Shown here: one piece after another, positions 25,701-40,700 of the stretch
Layout: every line of letters begins with the position of its first letter
Position numbering within the stretch: the stretch's first letter is position 1
Source: the human T2T-CHM13v2.0 reference genome, Homo sapiens
NCBI RefSeq assembly: GCF_009914755.1
Contig: NC_060932.1
Strand: one strand, 5' to 3'
DNA length: 64,000 nt
Notes under the pieces: generated by a model
The model's input: only the letters and a program-made list of their open reading frames with translations
Databases searched by the model: none
Told to the model about the DNA's origin: nothing
Position numbers and translations under genes: made by a program

Positions 25701-28700
25701 CAGGTGGATATTTGACTAGCTTTGAGGATTTCGTTGGAAACGGTAATGTCTTCAAAGAAAATCTAGACAGAAACATTCTCAGAAACACCTTCGTGATGTT
25801 TGCAATCAAGTCACAGAGTTGAACCTTCCGTTTCGTAGAGCAGGTTGGAAACATTCTTTTTGTAGTATCTGGAAGTGGACATTTGGAGCGCTTTCAGGCC
25901 TATGGTGAAGAAGGAAATATCTTACCATAAAAACGACATAGAAGCTATCTCAGGAACTTGTTTATGATGCATCCAATCAACTAACAGTGTTGAACCTTTG
26001 TACTGACAGAGCAGTGTGAAACACTCTTTTTTTTGGAATCTGCAAGTGGATATTTGGATCGCTTTGAGGATTTCGTTGGAAACGGGATGCAATATAAAAC
26101 GTACACAGCAGCATACTCAGAAAATACTTTGCCATATTTCCATTCAAGTCACAGAGTGGAACATTCCCATTCATAGAGCAGGTTTGAAACAGTCTTTTTG
26201 GAGTATCTGGAAGTGGACATTTGGAGCGCTTTCTGAACTATGGTGAAAAAGGAAATATCTTCCAATGAAAACAAGACAGAAGCATTCTGAGAAACTTATT
26301 TGTGATGTGTGTCCTCAACTAACGGACTTGAACCTTTCGTTTCATGCAGTACTTCTGGAACACTCTTTTTGAAGATTCTGCATGCGGATATTTGGATAGC
26401 TTTGAGGATTTCGTTGGAAACGGGCTTACATATAAAAATTAGACAGCAGCATTCTCAGAAACTTCTCTGTGGTGTCTGCATCCAAGTCACAGAATTGAAC
26501 ATCCCCTCACATAGAGCAGTTGTGCAGCACTCTATTTGTAGTATCTCGAAGTGGACATTTGGAGGGCTTTGTAGCCTATCTGGAAAAAGGAAATATCTTC
26601 CCATGAATGCGAGATAGAAGTAATCTCAGAAACATGTTTATGCTGTATCTACTGAACTAACTGTGCTGAACATTTCTATTGATAGAGCAGTTTTGAGACA
26701 CTCTTCTTTTGGAATCTGCAAGTGGATATTTGGATAGATTTGAGGATTTCGTTGGCAACGGGATTATATATAAAAAGTAGACAGCCGCATTCTCAGAAAC
26801 TTCTTTGTGATGTTTGCATCCAGCTCTCAGAGTTGAACATTCCCTTTCGTAGAGTAGGTTTGAAACCCTCTTTTTATAGTGTCTGGAAGCGGGCATTTGG
26901 AGCGCTTTCAGGCCTATGCTGAAAAAGGAAATATCTACCTATAGAAACTAGACAGAAGCATTCTGAGAATCACGTTTGTGATGTGGGTACTCAACTAACA
27001 GTGTTGATCCATTCTTTTGATACAGCAGTTTTGAACCACACTTTTTGTAGAATCTGCAAGTGGATATTTGGATAGCTGTGAGGATTTCCTTGGAAACGGG
27101 AATGTCTTCATAGAAAATTTAGACAGAAACATTCTCAGAACCTTGATTGTGATGTGTGTTCTCCACTAACAGGGTTGAACCTTTCTTTTGACAGAACTGT
27201 TCTGAAACATTCTTTGTATAGAATCTGGAAGTGGATATTTGGAAAGCTTTGAGGATTTCGTTTGAAACGGGAATATCTTCAAATCAAATCTAGCCAGAAG
27301 CATTCTAAGAAACATCTTAGGGATGTTTACATTCAAGTCACAGAGTTGAACATTCCCTTTCACAGAGCAGGTTTGAAACAATCTTCTCGTAGTATCTGGA
27401 AGTGGACATTTTGAGCTCCTTGGGGCCTATGCTGAAAAAGGAAATATCTTCCGACAAAAACTAGACAGAAGCATTCGCAGAATCACGTTTGTGTTGTGTG
27501 CACTCAACTGTCGGAATTGAACCTTTGTTTGGACAGAGCACTTCTGAAACACTCTTTTTGTAGAATCTGCAGGTGGATATTTGGCTAGCTTTGAGGATTT
27601 CGTTGGAAACGGTAATGTCTTCAAAGAAAATCTAGACAGAAACATTCTCAGAAACACCTTCGTGATGTTTGCAATCAAGTCACAGAGTTGAACCTTCCGT
27701 TTCATAGAGCAGGTTGGAAACACTCTTTTTGTAGTATCTGGAAGTGGACATTTGGAGCGCTTTCAGGCCTATGGTGAAAAAGGAAATATCTTCCCATAAA
27801 AACGACATAGAAGCTATCTCAGGAACTTGTTTATGATGCATCCAATCAACTAACAGTTTTGAACCTTTGTACTGACAGAGCAGTGTGAAACACTCTTTTT
27901 TTTGGAATCTGCAAGTGGATATTTGGATCGCTTTGAGGATTTCGTTGGAAACGGGATGCAATATAGAAGTACACAGCAGCATACTCAGAAAATACTTTGC
28001 CATATTTCCATTCAAGTCACAGAGTGGAACATTCCCATTCATAGAGCAGGTTTGACACACTCTTTTTGTAGTATCTGGAAGTGGACATTTGGAGCGCTTT
28101 CTGAACTATGGTGAAAAAGGAAATATCTTCCAATGAAAACAAGACAGAAGCATTCTGAGAAACTTATTTGTGATGTGTGTCCTCAACTAACGGACTTGAA
28201 CCTTTCGTTTCATGCAGTACTTCTGGAACACTCTTTTTGAAGATTCTGCATGCGGATATTTGGATAGCTTTGAGGATTTCGTTGGAAAAGGGCTTACATA
28301 TAAAAATTAGACAGCAGCATTCTCAGAAACTTCTCTGTGGTGTCTGCATCCAAGTCACAGAATTGAACATCCCCTCACATACAGCAGTTGTGCAGCACTC
28401 TATTTGTAGTATCTCGAAGTGGACATTTGGAGGGCTTTGTAGCCTATCTGGAAAAAGGAAATATCTTCCCATGAATGCGAGATAGAAGTAATCTCAGAAA
28501 CATGTTTATGCTGTATCTACTCAACTAACTGTGCTGAACATTTCTATTGATAGAGCAGTTTTGAGACACTCTTCTTTTGGAATCTGCAAGTGGATATTTG
28601 GATAGATTTGAGGATTTCGTTGGCAACGGGATTATATATAAAAAGTAGACAGCAGCATTCTCAGAAACTTCTTTGTGATGTTTGCATCCAGCTCTCAGAG

Positions 28701-31700
28701 TTGAACATTCCCTTTCGTAGAGTAGGTTTGAAACCCTCTTTTTATAGTGTCTGGAAGCGGGCATTTGGAGCGCTTTCAGGCCTATGCTGAAAAAGGAAAT
28801 ATCTACCTATAGAAACTAGACAGAAGCATTCTGAGAATCACGTTTGTGATGTGGGTACTCAACTAACAGTGTTGATCCATTCTTTTGATACAGCAGTTTT
28901 GAACCACACTTTTTGTAGAATCTGCAAGTGGATATTTGGATAGCTGTGAGGATTTCCTTGGAAACGGGAATGTCTTCATAGAAAATTTAGACAGAAACAT
29001 TCTCAGAACCTTGATTGTGATGTGTGTTCTCCACTAACAGGGTTGAACCTTTCTTTTGACAGAACTGTTCTGAAACATTCTTTGTATAGAATCTGGAAGT
29101 GGATATTTGGAAAGCTTTGAGGATTTCGTTTGAAACGGGAATATCTTCAAATCAAATCTAGCCAGAAGCATTCTAAGAAACATCTTAGGGATGTTTACAT
29201 TCAAGTCACAGAGTTGAACATTCCCTTTCACAGAGCAGGTTTGAAACAATCTTCTCGTAGTATCTGGAAGTGGACATTTTGAGCTCCTTGGGGCCTATGC
29301 TGAAAAAGGAAATATCTTCCGACAAAAACTAGACAGAAGCATTCGCAGAATCACGTTTGTGTTGTGTGCACTCAACTGTCGGAATTGAACCTTTGTTTGG
29401 ACAGAGCACTTCTGAAACACTCTTTTTGTAGAATCTGCAGGTGGATATTTGGCTAGCTTTGAGGATTTCGTTGGAAACGGTAATGTCTTCAAAGAAAATC
29501 TAGACAGAAACATTCTCAGAAACACCTTCGTGATGTTTGCAATCAAGTCACAGAGTTGAACCTTCCGTTTCATAGAGCAGGTTGGAAACACTCTTTTTGT
29601 AGTATCTGGAAGTGGACATTTGGAGCGCTTTCAGGCCTATGGTGAAAAAGGAAATATCTTCCCATAAAAACGACATAGAAGCTATCTCAGGAACTTGTTT
29701 ATGATGCATCCAATCAACTAACAGTGTTGAACCTTTGTACTGACAGAGCAGTGTGAAACACTCTTTTTTTTGGAATCTGCAAGTGGATATTTGGATCGCT
29801 TTGAGGATTTCGTTGGAAACGGGATGCAATATAGAAGTACACAGCAGCATACTCAGAAAATACTTTGCCATATTTCCATTCAAGTCACAGAGTGGAACAT
29901 TCCCATTCATAGAGCAGGTTTGACACACTCTTTTTGTAGTATCTGGAAGTGGACATTTGGAGCGCTTTCTGAACTATGGTGAAAAAGGAAATATCTTCCA
30001 ATGAAAACAAGACAGAAGCATTCTGAGAAACTTATTTGTGATGTGTGTCCTCAACTAACGGACTTGAACCTTTCGTTTCATGCAGTACTTCTGGAACACT
30101 CTTTTTGAAGATTCTGCATGCGGATATTTGGATAGCTTTGAGGATTTCGTTGGAAAAGGGCTTACATATAAAAATTAGACAGCAGCATTCTCAGAAACTT
30201 CTCTGTGGTGTCTGCATCCAAGTCACAGAATTGAACATCCCCTCACATACAGCAGTTGTGCAGCACTCTATTTGTAGTATCTCGAAGTGGACATTTGGAG
30301 GGCTTTGTAGCCTATCTGGAAAAAGGAAATATCTTCCCATGAATGCGAGATAGAAGTAATCTCAGAAACATGTTTATGCTGTATCTACTCAACTAACTGT
30401 GCTGAACATTTCTATTGATAGAGCAGTTTTGAGACACTCTTCTTTTGGAATCTGCAAGTGGATATTTGGATAGATTTGAGGATTTCGTTGGCAACGGGAT
30501 TATATATAAAAAGTAGACAGCAGCATTCTCAGAAACTTCTTTGTGATGTTTGCATCCAGCTCTCAGAGTTGAACATTCCCTTTCGTAGAGTAGGTTTGAA
30601 ACCCTCTTTTTATAGTGTGTGGAAGCGGGCATTTGGAGCGCTTTCAGGCCTATGCTGAAAAAGGAAATATCTACCTATAGAAACTAGACAGAAGCATTCT
30701 GAGAATCACGTTTGTGATGTGGGTACTCAACTAACAGTGTTGATCCATTCTTTTGATACAGCAGTTTTGAACCACACTTTTTGTAGAATCTGCAAGTGGA
30801 TATTTGGATAGCTGTGAGGATTTCCTTGGAAACGGGAATGTCTTCATAGAAAATTTAGACAGAAGCATTCTCAGAACCTTGATTGTGATGTGTGTTCTCC
30901 ACTAACAGGGTTGAACCTTTCTTTTGACAGAACTGTTCTGAAACATTCTTTGTATAGAATCTGGAAGTGGATATTTGGAAAGCTTTGAGGATTTCGTTGG
31001 AAACGGGAATATCTTCAAATCAAATCTAGCCAGAAGCATTCTAAGAAACATCTTAGGGATGTTTACATTCAAGTCACAGAGTTGAACATTCCCTTTCACA
31101 GAGCAGGTTTGAAACAATCTTCTCGTAGTATCTGGAAGTGGACATTTTGAGCTCCTTGGGGCCTATGCTGAAAAAGGAAATATCTTCCGACAAAAACTAG
31201 ACAGAAGCATTCGCAGAATCACGTTTGTGATGTGTGCACTCAACTGTCGGAATTGAACCTTTGTTTGGACAGAGCACTTTTGAAACACTCTTTTTGTAGA
31301 ATCTGCAGGTGGATATTTGGCTAGCTTTGAGGATTTCGTTGGAAACGGTAATGTCTTCAAAGAAAATCTAGACAGAAACATTCTCAGAAACACCTTCGTG
31401 ATGTTTGCAATCAAGTCACAGAGTTGAACCTTCCGTTTCATAGAGCAGGTTGGAAACACTCTTTTTGTAGTATCTGGAAGTGGACATTTGGAGCGCTTTG
31501 AGGCCTATGGTGAAAAAGGAAATATCTTCCCATAAAAACGACATAGAAGCTATCTCAGGAACTTGTTTATGATGCATCCAATCAACTAACAGTGTTGAAC
31601 CTTTGTACTGACAGAGCAGTGTGAAACACTCTTTTTTTTGGAATCTGCAAGTGGATATTTGGATCGCTTTGAGGATTTCGTTGGAAACGGGATGCAATAT

Positions 31701-34700
31701 AAAACGTACACAGCAGCATACTCAGAAAATACTTTGCCATATTTCCATTCAAGTCACAGAGTGGAACATTCCCATTCATAGAGCAGGTTTGACACACTCT
31801 TTTTGTAGTATCTGGAAGTGGACATTTGGAGCGCTTTCTGAACTATGGTGAAAAAGGAAATATCTTCCAATGAAAACAAGACAGAAGCATTCTGAGAAAC
31901 TTATTTGTGATGTGTGTCCTCAACTAACGGACTTGAACCTTTCGTTTCATGCAGTACTTCTGGAACACTCTTTTTGAAGATTCTGCATGCGGATATTTGG
32001 ATAGCTTTGAGGATTTCGTTGGAAACGGGCTTACATATAAAAATTAGACAGCAGCATTCTCAGAAACTTCTCTGTGGTGTCTGCATCCAAGTCACAGAAT
32101 TGAACATCCCCTCACATAGAGCAGTTGTGCAGCACTCTATTTGTAGTATCTCGAAGTGGACATTTGGAGGGCTTTGTAGCCTATCTGGAAAAAGGAAATA
32201 TCTTCCCATGAATGCGAGATAGAAGTAATCTCAGAAACATGTTTATGCTGTATCTACTCAACTAACTGTGCTGAACATTTCTATTGATAGAGCAGTTTTG
32301 AGACACTCTTCTTTTGGAATCTGCAAGTGGATATTTGGATAGATTTGAGGATTTCGTTGGCAACGGGATTATATATAAAAAGTAGACAGCCGCATTCTCA
32401 GAAACTTCTTTGTGATGTTTGCATCCAGCTCTCAGAGTTGAACATTCCCTTTCATAGAGTAGGTTTGAAACCCTCTTTTTATAGTGTCTGGAAGCGGGCA
32501 TTTGGAGCGCTTTCAGGCCTATGCTGAAAAAGGAAATATCTACCTATAGAAAGTAGACAGAAGCATTCTGAGAATCACGTTTGTGATGTGGGTACTCAAC
32601 TAACAGTGTTGATCCATTCTTTTGATACAGCAGTTTTGAACCACACTTTTTGTAGAATCTGCAAGTGGATATTTGGATAGCTGTGAGGATTTCCTTGGAA
32701 ACGGGAATGTCTTCATAGAAAATTTAGACAGAAGCATTCTCAGAACCTTGATTGTGATGTGTGTTCTCCACTAACAGGGTTGAACCTTTCTTTTGACAGA
32801 ACTGTTCTGAAACATTCTTTTTATAGAATCTGGAAGTGGATATTTGGAAAGCTTTGAGGATTTCGTTTGAAACGGGAATATCTTCAAATCAAATCTAGCC
32901 AGAAGCATTCTAAGAAACATCTTAGGGATGTTTACATTCAAGTCACAGAGTTGAACATTCCCTTTCACAGAGCAGGTTTGAAACAATCTTCTCGTACTAT
33001 CTGGAAGTGGACATTTTGAGCTCCTTGGGGCCTATGCTGAAAAAGGAAATATCTTCCGACAAAAACTAGACAGAAGCATTCGCAGAATCACGTTTGTGAT
33101 GTGTGCACTCAACTGTCGGAATTGAACCTTTGTTTGGACAGAGCACTTTTGAAACACTCTTTTTGTAGAATCTGCAGGTGGATATTTGGCTAGCTTTGAG
33201 GATTTCGTTGGAAACGGTAATGTCTTCAAAGAAAATCTAGACAGAAACATTCTCAGAAACACCTTCGTGATGTTTGCAATCAAGTCACAGAGTTGAACCT
33301 TCCGTTTCATAGAGCAGGTTGGAAACACTCTTTTTGTAGTATCTGGAAGTGGACATTTGGAGCGCTTTCAGGCCTATGGTGAAAAAGGAAATATCTTCCC
33401 ATAAAAACGACATAGAAGCTATCTCAGGAACTTGTTTATGATGCATCCAATCAACTAACAGTGTTGAACCTTTGTACTGACAGAGCAGTGTGAAACACTC
33501 TTTTTTTTGGAATCTGCAAGTGGATATTTGGATCGCTTTGAGGATTTCGTTGGAAACGGGATGCAATATAAAAGTACACAGCAGCATACTCAGAAAATAC
33601 TTTGCCATATTTCCATTCAAGTCACAGAGTGGAACATTCCCATTCATAGAGCAGGTATGACACACTCTTTTTGTAGTATCTGGAAGTGGACATTTGGAGC
33701 GCTTTCTGAACTATGGTGAAAAAGGAAATATCTTCCAATGAAAACAAGACAGAAGCATTCTGAGAAACTTATTTGTGATGTGTGTCCTCAACTAACGGAC
33801 TTGAACCTTTCGTTTCATGCAGTACTTCTGGAACACTCTTTTTGAAGATTCTGCATGCGGATATTTGGATAGCTTTGAGGATTTCGTTGGAAACGGGCTT
33901 ACATATAAAAATTAGACAGCAGCATTCTCAGAAACTTCTCTGTGGTGTCTGCATCCAAGTCACAGAATTGAACATCCCCTCACATAGAGCAGTTGTGCAG
34001 CACTCTATTTGTAGTATCTCGAAGTGGACATTTGGAGGGCTTTGTAGCCTATCTGGAAAAAGGAAATATCTTCCCATGAATGCGAGATAGAAGTAATCTC
34101 AGAAACATGTTTATGCTGTATCTACTCAACTAACTGTGCTGAACATTTCTATTGATAGAGCAGTTTTGAGACACTCTTCTTTTGGAATCTGCAAGTGGAT
34201 ATTTGGATAGATTTGAGGATTTCGTTGGTAACGGGATTATATATAAAAAGTAGACAGCCGCATTCTCAGAAACTTCTTTGTGATGTTTGCATCCAGCTCT
34301 CAGAGTTGAACATTCCCTTTCATAGAGTAGGTTTGAAACCCTCTTTTTATAGTGTCTGGAAGCGGGCATTTGGAGCGCTTTCAGGCCTATGCTGAAAAAG
34401 GAAATATCTACCTATAGAAACTAGACAGAAGCATTCTGAGAATCACGTTTGTGATGTGGGTACTCAACTAACAGTGTTGATCCATTCTTTTGATACAGCA
34501 GTTTTGAACCACACTTTTTGTAGAATCTGCAAGTGGATATTTGGATAGCTGTGAGGATTTCGTTGGAAACGGGAATGTCTTCATAGAAAATTTAGACAGA
34601 AGCATTCTCAGAACCTTGATTGTGATGTGTGTTCTCCACTAACAGGGTTGAACCTTTCTTTTGACAGAACTGTTCTGAAACATTCTTTGTATAGAATCTG

Positions 34701-37700
34701 GAAGTGGATATTTGGAAAGCTTTGAGGATTTCGTTTGAAACGGGAATATCTTCAAATAAAATCTAGCCAGAAGCATTCTAAGAAACATCTTAGGGATGTT
34801 TACATTCAAGTCACAGAGTTGAACATTCCCTTTCACAGAGCAGGTTTGAAACAATCTTCTCGTACTATCTGGAAGTGGACATTTTGAGCTCCTTGGGGCC
34901 TATGCTGAAAAAGGAAATATATTCCGACAAAAACTAGACAGAAGCATTCGCAGAATCACGTTTGTGATGTGTGCACTCAACTGTCAGAATTGAACCTTTG
35001 TTTGGACAGAGCACTTTTGAAACACTCTTTTTGTAGAATCTGCAGGTGGATATTTGACTAGCTTTGAGGATTTCGTTGGAAACGGTAATGTGTTCAAAGG
35101 AAATCTAGACAGAAACATTCTCAGAAACACCTTCGTGATGTTTGCAATCAAGTCACAGAGTTGAACCTTCCGTTTCGTAGAGCAGGTTGGAAACACTCTT
35201 TTTGTAGTATCTGGAAGTGGACATTTGGTGCGCTTTGAGGCCTATGGTGAAGAAGGAAATATCTTCCCATAAAAACGACATAGAAGCTATCTCAGGAACT
35301 TGTTTATGATGCATCCAATCAACTAACACTGTTGAACCTTTGTACTGACAGAGCAGTGTGAAACACTCTTTTTTTTGGAATCTGCAAGTGGATATTTGGA
35401 TCGCTTTGAGGATTTCGTTGGAAACGGGATGCAATATAAAAGTACACAGCAGCATACTCAGAAAATACTTTGCCATATATCAATTCAAGTCACAGAGTGG
35501 AACATTCCCATTCATAGAGCAGGTTTGACACACTCTTTTTGTAGTATCTGGAAGTGGACATTTGGAGCGCTTTCTGAACTATGGTGAAAAAGGAAATATC
35601 TTCCAATGAAAACAAGACAGAAGCATTCTGAGAAACTTATTTGTGATGTGTGTCCTCAACTAACGGACTTGAACCTTTCGTTTCATGCAGTACTTCTGGA
35701 ACACTCTTTTTGAAGATTCTGCATGCGGATATTTGGATAGCTTTGAGGATTTCGTTGGAAACGGGCTTACATATAAAAACTAGACAGCAGCATTCTCAGA
35801 AACTTCTCTGTGGTGTCTGCATCCAAGTGACAGAATTGAACATCCCCTCACATAGAGCAGTTGTGCAGCACTCTATTTGTAGTATCTCGAAGTGGACATT
35901 TGGAGGGCTTTGTAGCCTATCTGGAAAAAGGAAATATCTTCCCATGAATGCGAGATAGAAGTAATCTCAGAAACATGTTTATGCTGTATCTACTCAACTA
36001 ACTGTGCTGAACATTTCCATTGATAGAGCAGTTTTGAGACACTCTTCTTTTGGAATCTGCAAGTGGATATTTGGATAGATTTGAGGATTTCGTTGGCAAC
36101 GGGATTATATATAAAAAGTAGACAGCCGCATTCTCAGAAACTTCTTTGTGATGTTTGCATCCAGCTCTCAGAGTTGAACATTCCCTTTCGTAGAGTAGGT
36201 TTGAAACCCTCTTTTTATAGTGTCTGGAAGCGGGCATTTGGAGCGCTTTCAGGCCTATGCTGAAAAAGGAAATATCTACCTATAGAAACTAGACAGAAGC
36301 ATTCTGAGAATCACGTTTGTGATGTGGGTACTCAACTAACAGTGTTGATCCATTCTTTTGATACAGCAGTTTTGAACCACACTTTTTGTAGAATCTGCAA
36401 GTGGATATTTGGATAGCTGTGAGGATTTCCTTGGAAACGGGAATGTCTTCATAGAAAATTTAGACAGAAGCATTCTCAGAACGTTGATTGTGATGTGTGT
36501 TCTCCACTAACAGGGTTGAACCTTTCTTTTGACAGAACTGTTCTGAAACATTCTTTTTATAGAATCTGGAAGTGGATATTTGGAAAGCTTTGAGGATTTC
36601 GTTGGAAACGGGAATATCTTCAAATCAAATCTAGCCAGAAGCATTCTAAGAAACATCTTAGGGATGTTTACATTCAAGTCACAGAGTTGAACATTCCCTT
36701 TCACAGGGCAGGTTTGAAACAATCTTCTCGTACTATCTGGAAGTGGACATTTTGAGCTCCTTGGGGCCTATGCTGAAAAAGGAAATATCTTCCGACAAAA
36801 ACTAGACAGAAGCATTCGCAGAATCACGTTTGTGATGTGTGCACTCAACTGACAGAATTGAACCTTTGTTTGGACAGAGCACTTTTGAAACACTCTTTTT
36901 GTAGAATCTGTAGGTGGATATTTGACTAGCTTTGAGGATTTCGTTGGAAACGGTAATGTCTTCAAAGAAAATCTAGACAGAAACATTCTCAGAAACACCT
37001 TCGTGATGTTTGCAATCAAGTCACAGAGTTGAACCTTCCGTTTCGTAGAGCAGGTTGGAAACACTCTTTTTGTAGTATCTGGAAGTGGACATTTGGTGCG
37101 CTTTCAGGCCTATGGTGAAGAAGGAAATATCTTCCCATAAAAACGACATAGAAGCTATCTCAGGAACTTGTTTATGATGCATCCAATCAACTAACAGTGT
37201 TGAACCTTTGTACTGACAGAGCAGTGTGAAACACTCTTTTTTTTGGAATCTGCAAGTGGATATTTGGATCGCTTTGAGGATTTCGTTGGAAACGGGATGC
37301 AATATAAAACGTACACAGCAGCATACTCAGAAAATACTTTGCCATATTTCCATTCAAGTCACAGAGTGGAACATTCCCATTCATAGAGCAGGTTTGACAC
37401 ACTCTTTTTGTAGTATCTGGAAGTGGACATTTGGAGCGCTTTCTGAACTATGGTGAAAAAGGAAATATCTTCCAATGAAAACAAGACAGAAGCATTCTGA
37501 GAAACTTATTTGTGATGTGTGTCCTCAACTAACGGACTTGAACCTTTCGTTTCATGCAGTACTTCTGGAACACTCTTTTTGAAGATTCTGCATGTGGATA
37601 TTTGGATAGCTTTGAGGATTTCGATGGAAACGGGCTTACATATAAAAATTAGACAGCAGCATTCTCAGAAACTTCTCTGTGGTGTCTGAATCCAAGTCAC

Positions 37701-40700
37701 AGAATTGAACATCCCCACACATAGAGCAGTTGTGCAGCACTCTATTTGTAGTATCTCGAAGTGGACATTTGGAGGGCTTTGTAGCCTATCTGGAAAAAGG
37801 AAATATCTTCCCATGAATGTGAGATAGAAGTAATCTCAGAAACATGTTTATGCTGTATCTACTCAACTAACTGTGCTGAACATTTCTATTGATAGAGCAG
37901 TTTTGAGACACTCTTCTTTTGGAATCTGCAAGTGGATATTTGGAAAGATTTGAGGATTTCGTTGGCAACGGGATTATATATAAAAAGTAGACAGCCGCAT
38001 TCTCAGAAACTTCTTTGTGATGTTTGCATCCAGCTCTCAGAGTTGAACATTCCCTTTCGTAGAGTAGGTTTGAAACCCTCTTTTTATAGTGTCTGGAAGC
38101 GGGCATTTGGAGCGCTTTCAGGCCTATGCTGAAAAAGGAAATACCTACCTATAGAAACTAGACAGAAGCATTCTGAGAATCACGTTTGTGATGTGGGTAC
38201 TCAACTAACAGTGTTGATCCATTCTTTTGATACAGCAGTTTTGAACCACACTTTTTGTAGAATCTGCAAGTGGATATTTGGATAGCTGTGAGGATTTCCT
38301 TGGAAACGGGAATGTCTTCATAGAAAATTTAGACAGAAGCATTCTCAGAACCTTGATTGTGATGTGTGTTCTCCACTAACAGGGTTGAACCTTTCTTTTG
38401 ACAGAACTGTTCTGAAACATTCTTTGTATAGAATCTGGAAGTGGATATTTGGAAAGCTTTGAGGATTTCGTTGGAAACGGGAATATCTTCAAATCAAATC
38501 TAGCCAGAAGCATTCTAAGAAACATCTTAGGGATGTTTACATTCAAGTCACAGAGTTGAACATTCCCTTTCACAGAGCAGGTTTGAAACAATCTTCTCGT
38601 AGTATCTGGAAGTGGACATTTTGAGCTCCTTGGGGCCTATGCTGAAAAAGGAAATATCTTCCGACAAAAACTAGACAGAAGCATTCGCAGAATCACGTTT
38701 GTGATGTGTGCACTCAACTGTCAGAATTGAACCTTTGTTTGGACAGAGCACTTTTGAAACACTCTTTTTGTAGAATCTGCAGGTGGATATTTGACTAGCT
38801 TTGAGGATTTCGTTGGAAACGGTAATGTCTTCAAAGAAAATCTAGACAGAAACATTCTCAGAAACACCTTCGTGATGTTTGCAATCAAGTCACAGAGTTG
38901 AAGCTTCCGTTTCATAGAGCAGGTTGGAAACACTCTTTTTGTAGTATCTGGAAGTGGACATTTGGAGTGCTTTCAGGCCTATGGTGAAGAAGGAAATATC
39001 TTCCCATAAAAACGACATAGAAGCTATCTCAGGAACTTGTTTATGATGCATCCAATCAACTAACAGTGTTGAACCTTTGTACTGACAGAGCAGTGTGAAA
39101 CACTCTTTTTTTTGGAATCTGCAAGTGGATATTTGGATCGCTTTGAGGATTTAGTTGGAAACTGGATGCAATATAAAACATACACAGCAGCATACTCAGA
39201 AAACACTTTGCCATATTTCCATTCAAGTCACAGAGTGGAACATTCCCATTCATAGAGCAGGTTTGACACACTCTTTTTGTAGTATCTGGAAGTGGATATT
39301 TGGAGCGCTTTCTGAACTATGGTGAAAAAGGAAATATCTTCCAATGAAAACAAGACAGAAGCATTCTGAGAAACTTATTTGTGATGTGTGTCCTCAACTA
39401 ACGGACTTGAACCTTTCGTTTCATGCAGTACTTCTGGAACACTCTTTTTGAAGATTCTGCATGCGGATATTTGGATAGCTTTGAGGATTTCATTGGAAAC
39501 GGGCTTACATATAAAAATTAGACAGCAGCATTCTCAGAAACTTCTCTGTGGTGTCTGCATCGAAGTCACAGAATTGAACATCCCCTCACATAGAGCAGTT
39601 GTGCAGCACTCTACTTGTAGTATCTCGAAGTGGACATTTGGAGGGCTTTGTAGCCTATCTGGAAAAAGGAAATATCTTCCCAAGAATGCGAGATAGAAGT
39701 AGTCTCAGAAACATGTTTATGCTGTATCTACTCAACTAACTGTGCTGAACATTTCTATTGATAGAGCAGTTTTGAGACACTCTTCTTTTGGAATCTGCAA
39801 GTGGATATTTGGAAAGATTTGAGGATTTCGTTGACAACGGGATTATATATAAAAATTAGACAGCCGCATTCTCAGAAACTTCTTTGTGATGTTTGCATCC
39901 AGCTCTCAGAGTTGAACATTCCCTTTCGTAGAGTAGGTTTGAAACCCTCTTTTTATAGTGTCTGGAAGCGGGCATTTGGAGCGCTTTCAGGCCTATGCTG
40001 AAAAAGGAAATATCTACCTATAGAAACTAGACAGAAGCATTCTGAGAATCACGTTTGTGATGTGGGTACTCAACTAACAGTGTTGATCCATTCTTTTGAT
40101 ACAGCAGTTTTGAACCACACTTTTTGTAGAATCTGCAAGTGGATATTTGGATAGCTGTGAGGATTTCCTTGGAAACGGGAATGTCTTCATAGAAAATTTA
40201 GACAGAAGCATTCTCAGAACCTTGATTGTGATGTGTGTTCTCCACTAACAGGGTTGAACCTTTCTTTTGACAGAACTGTTCTGAAACATTCTTTGTATAG
40301 AATCTGGAAGTGCATATTTGGAAAGCTTTGAGGACTTCGTTTGAAACGGGAATATCTTCAAATCAAATCTAGCCAGAAGCATTCTAAGAAACATCTTAGG
40401 GATGTTTACATTCAAGTCACAGAGTTGAACATTCCCTTTCACAGAGCAGGTTTGAAACAATCTTCTCGTAGTATCTGGAAGTGGACATTTTGAGCTCCTT
40501 GGGGCCTATGCTGAAAAAGGAAATATCTTCCGACAAAAACTAGACAGAAGCATTCGCAGAATCAGGTTTGTGATGTGTGCACTCAACTGTCGGAATTGAA
40601 CCTTTGTTTGGAAAGAGCACTTTTGAAACACTCTTTTTGTAGAATCTGCAGGTGGATATTTGGCTAGCTTTGAGGATTTCGTTGGAAACGGTAATGTCTT

